Shown here: positions 18,418-20,000 of the stretch, one piece after another
Numbering within the stretch: position 1 is the stretch's first letter
Layout of the letters: the number at the start of each line of letters is the position of its first letter
Source of the DNA: an uncultured virus (IMG/VR IMGVR_UViG_3300024500_000031)
Taxonomy: Duplodnaviria; Heunggongvirae; Uroviricota; Caudoviricetes
Virus record (IMG/VR): IMGVR_UViG_3300024500_000031
Length of the DNA stretch: 20,000 bases
Strand: one strand, 5' to 3'
Notes under the pieces: model-generated
Told to the model about the DNA's origin: nothing
The model's database searches: none
The model's input: only the letters and a program-made list of their open reading frames with translations
Program-made: the position numbers and the translations under genes

Positions 18418-18442
18418 AAAAAAGACCCGCATATCGCGGGTC
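18418..18442 (-). terminator. Rho-independent terminator downstream of ssb
   Basis: GACCCGC-GATAT-GCGGGTC stem-loop followed by TTTTTT on the minus strand, a few bases after the ssb stop. Confidence 0.85.
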
Positions 18443-18449
18443 ATAGTTA

Positions 18450-18839
18450 TTAGTCTGCAAACGGATCGTCTATATCATCCGTATGAATTTGACCAGCTGG
18501 TTTTGGATTAGGAGGATTACTATCATTATCACGCCGTGAATCCAATAATTGCCAGTTATCAATCATTATTTTTACAGATTGTTGCTTTACGCCTTCTTTA
18601 TTTGTGTATTGGTCTAATTGAATTTTACCTACAATGCCAATAAGGCGACCTTTTTGTGCATATTCCGCTAATGCATCACCCTGTTGTCCAAATGCCGTAC
18701 AACTGAAAAAATCAGTCTCTTTCTCACGTCCTTTACGATCAACTGCTACACGGATATTACAAACGGACTTACCGTTTGGTGTTTGGCGAGACTCTGGATC
18801 GGCTACTAACCTACCAACTATGGTGCATTGATTAATCAT
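18450..18839 (-). CDS. ssb: Single-stranded DNA-binding protein
   Basis: MINQCTIVGRLVADPESRQTPNGKSVCNIRVAVDR...TDFF...KGRLIGIVGKIQ OB-fold signature; acidic tail DDIDDPFAD. Confidence 0.95.
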   Translation of the reverse strand: MINQCTIVGRLVADPESRQTPNGKSVCNIRVAVDRKGREKETDFFSCTAFGQQGDALAEYAQKGRLIGIVGKIQLDQYTNKEGVKQQSVKIMIDNWQLLDSRRDNDSNPPNPKPAGQIHTDDIDDPFAD

Positions 18840-18848
18840 GATAATATG

Positions 18849-18870
18849 ATTATATCAGATGTATTACATG
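18849..18870 (-). promoter_or_regulatory. Extended -10 promoter (TGATATAAT) for ssb with upstream palindrome CATGTAATACAT
   Basis: Minus strand reads CATGTAATACAT-C-TGA-TATAAT, then 9 nt, then the ssb ATG. No SD is evident. Confidence 0.65.
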
Positions 18871-18888
18871 AATATGGAGGTTGGGTAA

Positions 18889-19083
18889 ATGAGTTGGTTT
18901 AGCAAAACGTTGAAAAAGTTTAGTGGTAATCGCGTTCCGGAAATTGACTTTTCCGAGTCTTTCATTGCTAAAAATGTAACAATTATGACTGTACAGCGGT
19001 TATTATTAGAGTTGGGTGATGAGGATCTTCGCAGACTCTGGCACATGATTGGAAATGAGCTGGCAAAACGCAAGAACCAATAA
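18889..19083 (+). CDS. Hypothetical 64-aa protein (only + strand gene)
   Basis: SD GGAGG at 18876-18880; fills the ssb-thyX gap; followed by a terminator-like hairpin. Confidence 0.7.
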   Translation: MSWFSKTLKKFSGNRVPEIDFSESFIAKNVTIMTVQRLLLELGDEDLRRLWHMIGNELAKRKNQ

Positions 19084-19091
19084 CAAAACTA

Positions 19092-19126
19092 AGAGCACTG
19101 ATTCACTCAGTGCTCTCTTCTTTTTT
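19092..19126. terminator. Probable bidirectional terminator between the convergent 64-aa ORF and thyX
   Basis: AGAGCACTGA-TTCAC-TCAGTGCTCT 10-bp stem followed by CTTCTTTTTT on +. On the minus strand it is followed by TAGTTTTGTT. The loop contains the thyX stop. Confidence 0.65.
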
Positions 19127-19756
19127 CATCCAATACTTTTTAAATGCTTCTGTTGTATTTGGTAGAACTTTTGTTAGTACATTCCAGCAATCAGTAGCAA
19201 CTTCTCTATGTTCTAGTTGCGTGTGGCTATCCATTCGCACCCTGCAATAGTGCAGCCAGTCACGGACAGTGCCTTTCATGTATAAACGAGTGCCTACGCA
19301 CAGTGGAAGCACCATACGCGCGGATTCTAATGCAACACCAGACTCTACTAGATCGTTATAAGCTCGTATAGCAACCAAAATTGGAGCGAGCGCTTTATTA
19401 TCCATCTGAAATTGAGTTTCTTGATCTTCATAAACAACACTTCCTTGGCGATTAGAGCTACCTTTTCGTCTCATTTTTGGTAAATCTAGCTCAATTTTGC
19501 TAACATCAGCGTATCGTTGGCTAAATTCTTGAAAATGAAAGCTTCTGTGGCGTAACATTTGCGCTGACACAGCCCTAGAAGTGTAGATTTCCATGACAAC
19601 ATCAACCATTTCAAACACAGACCAGTGCCCATCTCGCATACATTTATTTAATAATCGTATGTATTCTGGATTATCTTCATAATTAGACGATACGCGAGCC
19701 AAATGAATCATAAATTGCTCTGCGTCGGGTTGAATATACTTGAGTGTTGCTGCCAT
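19103..19756 (-). CDS. thyX: FAD-dependent thymidylate synthase
   Basis: GHWSVFE, ThyX motif RHRSFHFQEFSQRY, ESARMVLP, RDWLHY...HTQLEHR. Real start ATG 19756 (MAATLKY) with SD GGAGG. The ORF-track extension to 19933 runs through the tRNA. Confidence 0.95.
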   Translation of the reverse strand: MAATLKYIQPDAEQFMIHLARVSSNYEDNPEYIRLLNKCMRDGHWSVFEMVDVVMEIYTSRAVSAQMLRHRSFHFQEFSQRYADVSKIELDLPKMRRKGSSNRQGSVVYEDQETQFQMDNKALAPILVAIRAYNDLVESGVALESARMVLPLCVGTRLYMKGTVRDWLHYCRVRMDSHTQLEHREVATDCWNVLTKVLPNTTEAFKKYWMKKEESTE

Positions 19757-19766
19757 CTTTCCTCCA

Positions 19767-19847
19767 TGCCTCAGACGGGACTCGAACCCGTACGTCTTGC
19801 GACAACAGATTTTAAGTCTGTCGTGTCTACCATTCCACCACCGAGGC
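19767..19847 (-). tRNA. tRNA-Leu(UAA), CCA not encoded
   Basis: GCCTCGG/CTGAGGC acceptor stem, D arm GTGGAATGGTAGACAC, anticodon arm ACAGA-CTTAAAA-TCTGT, long variable arm GTCGCAAGAC, T arm ACGGG-TTCGAGT-CCCGT, discriminator A followed by TGG. Confidence 0.95.
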
Positions 19848-19856
19848 TTATGGCAC

Positions 19857-19886
19857 ATTGTATCACCATGTAATACATGATAGTAT
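19857..19886. promoter_or_regulatory. Overlapping divergent promoters around palindrome CATGTAATACATG
   Basis: Minus strand: CATGTATTACAT-GG-TGA-TACAAT, then 9 nt, then the tRNA 5' end. Plus strand: TTGTAT(19858-63)-17 bp-TAGTAT(19881-86) with TGn extension. Confidence 0.6.
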
Positions 19887-19956
19887 ACAAACAAGACGCG
19901 ATGAAAGTTTAAAAGTCCGCCCATCATGCCCAATCGACAATTAAACCGAGCGAATT

Positions 19957-19987
19957 AAAGCCCCTATTACAGGGGCTTTTTTATTTT
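19957..19987. terminator. Rho-independent terminator (strong on +, plausible on -)
   Basis: AAAGCCCCT-ATTAC-AGGGGCTTT followed by TTTATTTT on +. On the minus strand the stem is followed by TTTAATT. Confidence 0.75.
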
Positions 19988-20000
19988 ACGGATCTATCGC

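Noticed and set aside
21..18831. Many + strand ORFs of 60-143 aa (e.g. 1034-1465, 7940-8323, 10088-10483, 15387-15785) and nested minus-strand alternative-frame ORFs
   Set aside because: They are antisense or out-of-frame shadows of well-supported, tightly packed minus-strand genes and show no recognisable motifs.
18864..19073. 69-aa minus-strand ORF
   Set aside because: It overlaps the + strand 64-aa ORF, which has a clear GGAGG SD and a terminator.
19767..19847. tRNA as a prophage attachment site
   Set aside because: No integrase or duplicated tRNA 3' end in the window, and the tRNA appears co-transcribed with phage thyX.
19757..19933. 59-aa N-terminal extension of ThyX in the ORF track
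   Set aside because: It reads through the tRNA-Leu gene and its promoter. The SD-supported ATG at 19756 gives a normal-length ThyX.
1..20000. Alternative genetic code, introns/inteins, CRISPR array or reverse-transcriptase/DGR elements
   Set aside because: Genes are intact and densely packed under the standard code, TerL shows no intein motifs, and I saw no spaced direct-repeat array or RT motif.

Overview
This window is a segment of a tailed dsDNA phage (or prophage) genome, almost entirely encoded on the minus strand. In transcription order (right to left) it holds tRNA-Leu(UAA), thyX, a lone + strand 64-aa ORF, ssb and a DUF6321-like protein. Next comes an ~8 kb array of six cysteine-free unknown proteins (256, 130, 408, 102, 1414 and 340 aa). 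After that come an HGGxSTG-type small terminase, the large terminase, an unannotated 50-aa membrane protein, a P22-like portal, a scaffold, an epsilon15/BPP-1-like major capsid protein and a Bbp16-like cement protein. The left end holds two paralogous head-tail adaptor-like proteins, three small membrane/holin-like proteins and a truncated beta-rich virion protein. The most striking feature is in the six-gene array. Four otherwise unrelated proteins end in the same 21-aa motif (K-[TW]-[LF]-G-x-L-x-G-x-x-x-x-x-x-[AV]-M-[ST]-x-[KR]-N-R-stop), a fifth carries it internally, and each gene following a terminal motif starts M-x-Q-[EG]. This suggests an undescribed C-terminal targeting tag (capsid loading, ejection or membrane insertion) and possibly a modular cassette array. 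A palindromic operator-like site (CATGTAWTACAT) precedes extended -10 promoters for both ssb and tRNA-thyX. All family assignments come from motif recognition and synteny, not from database searches.
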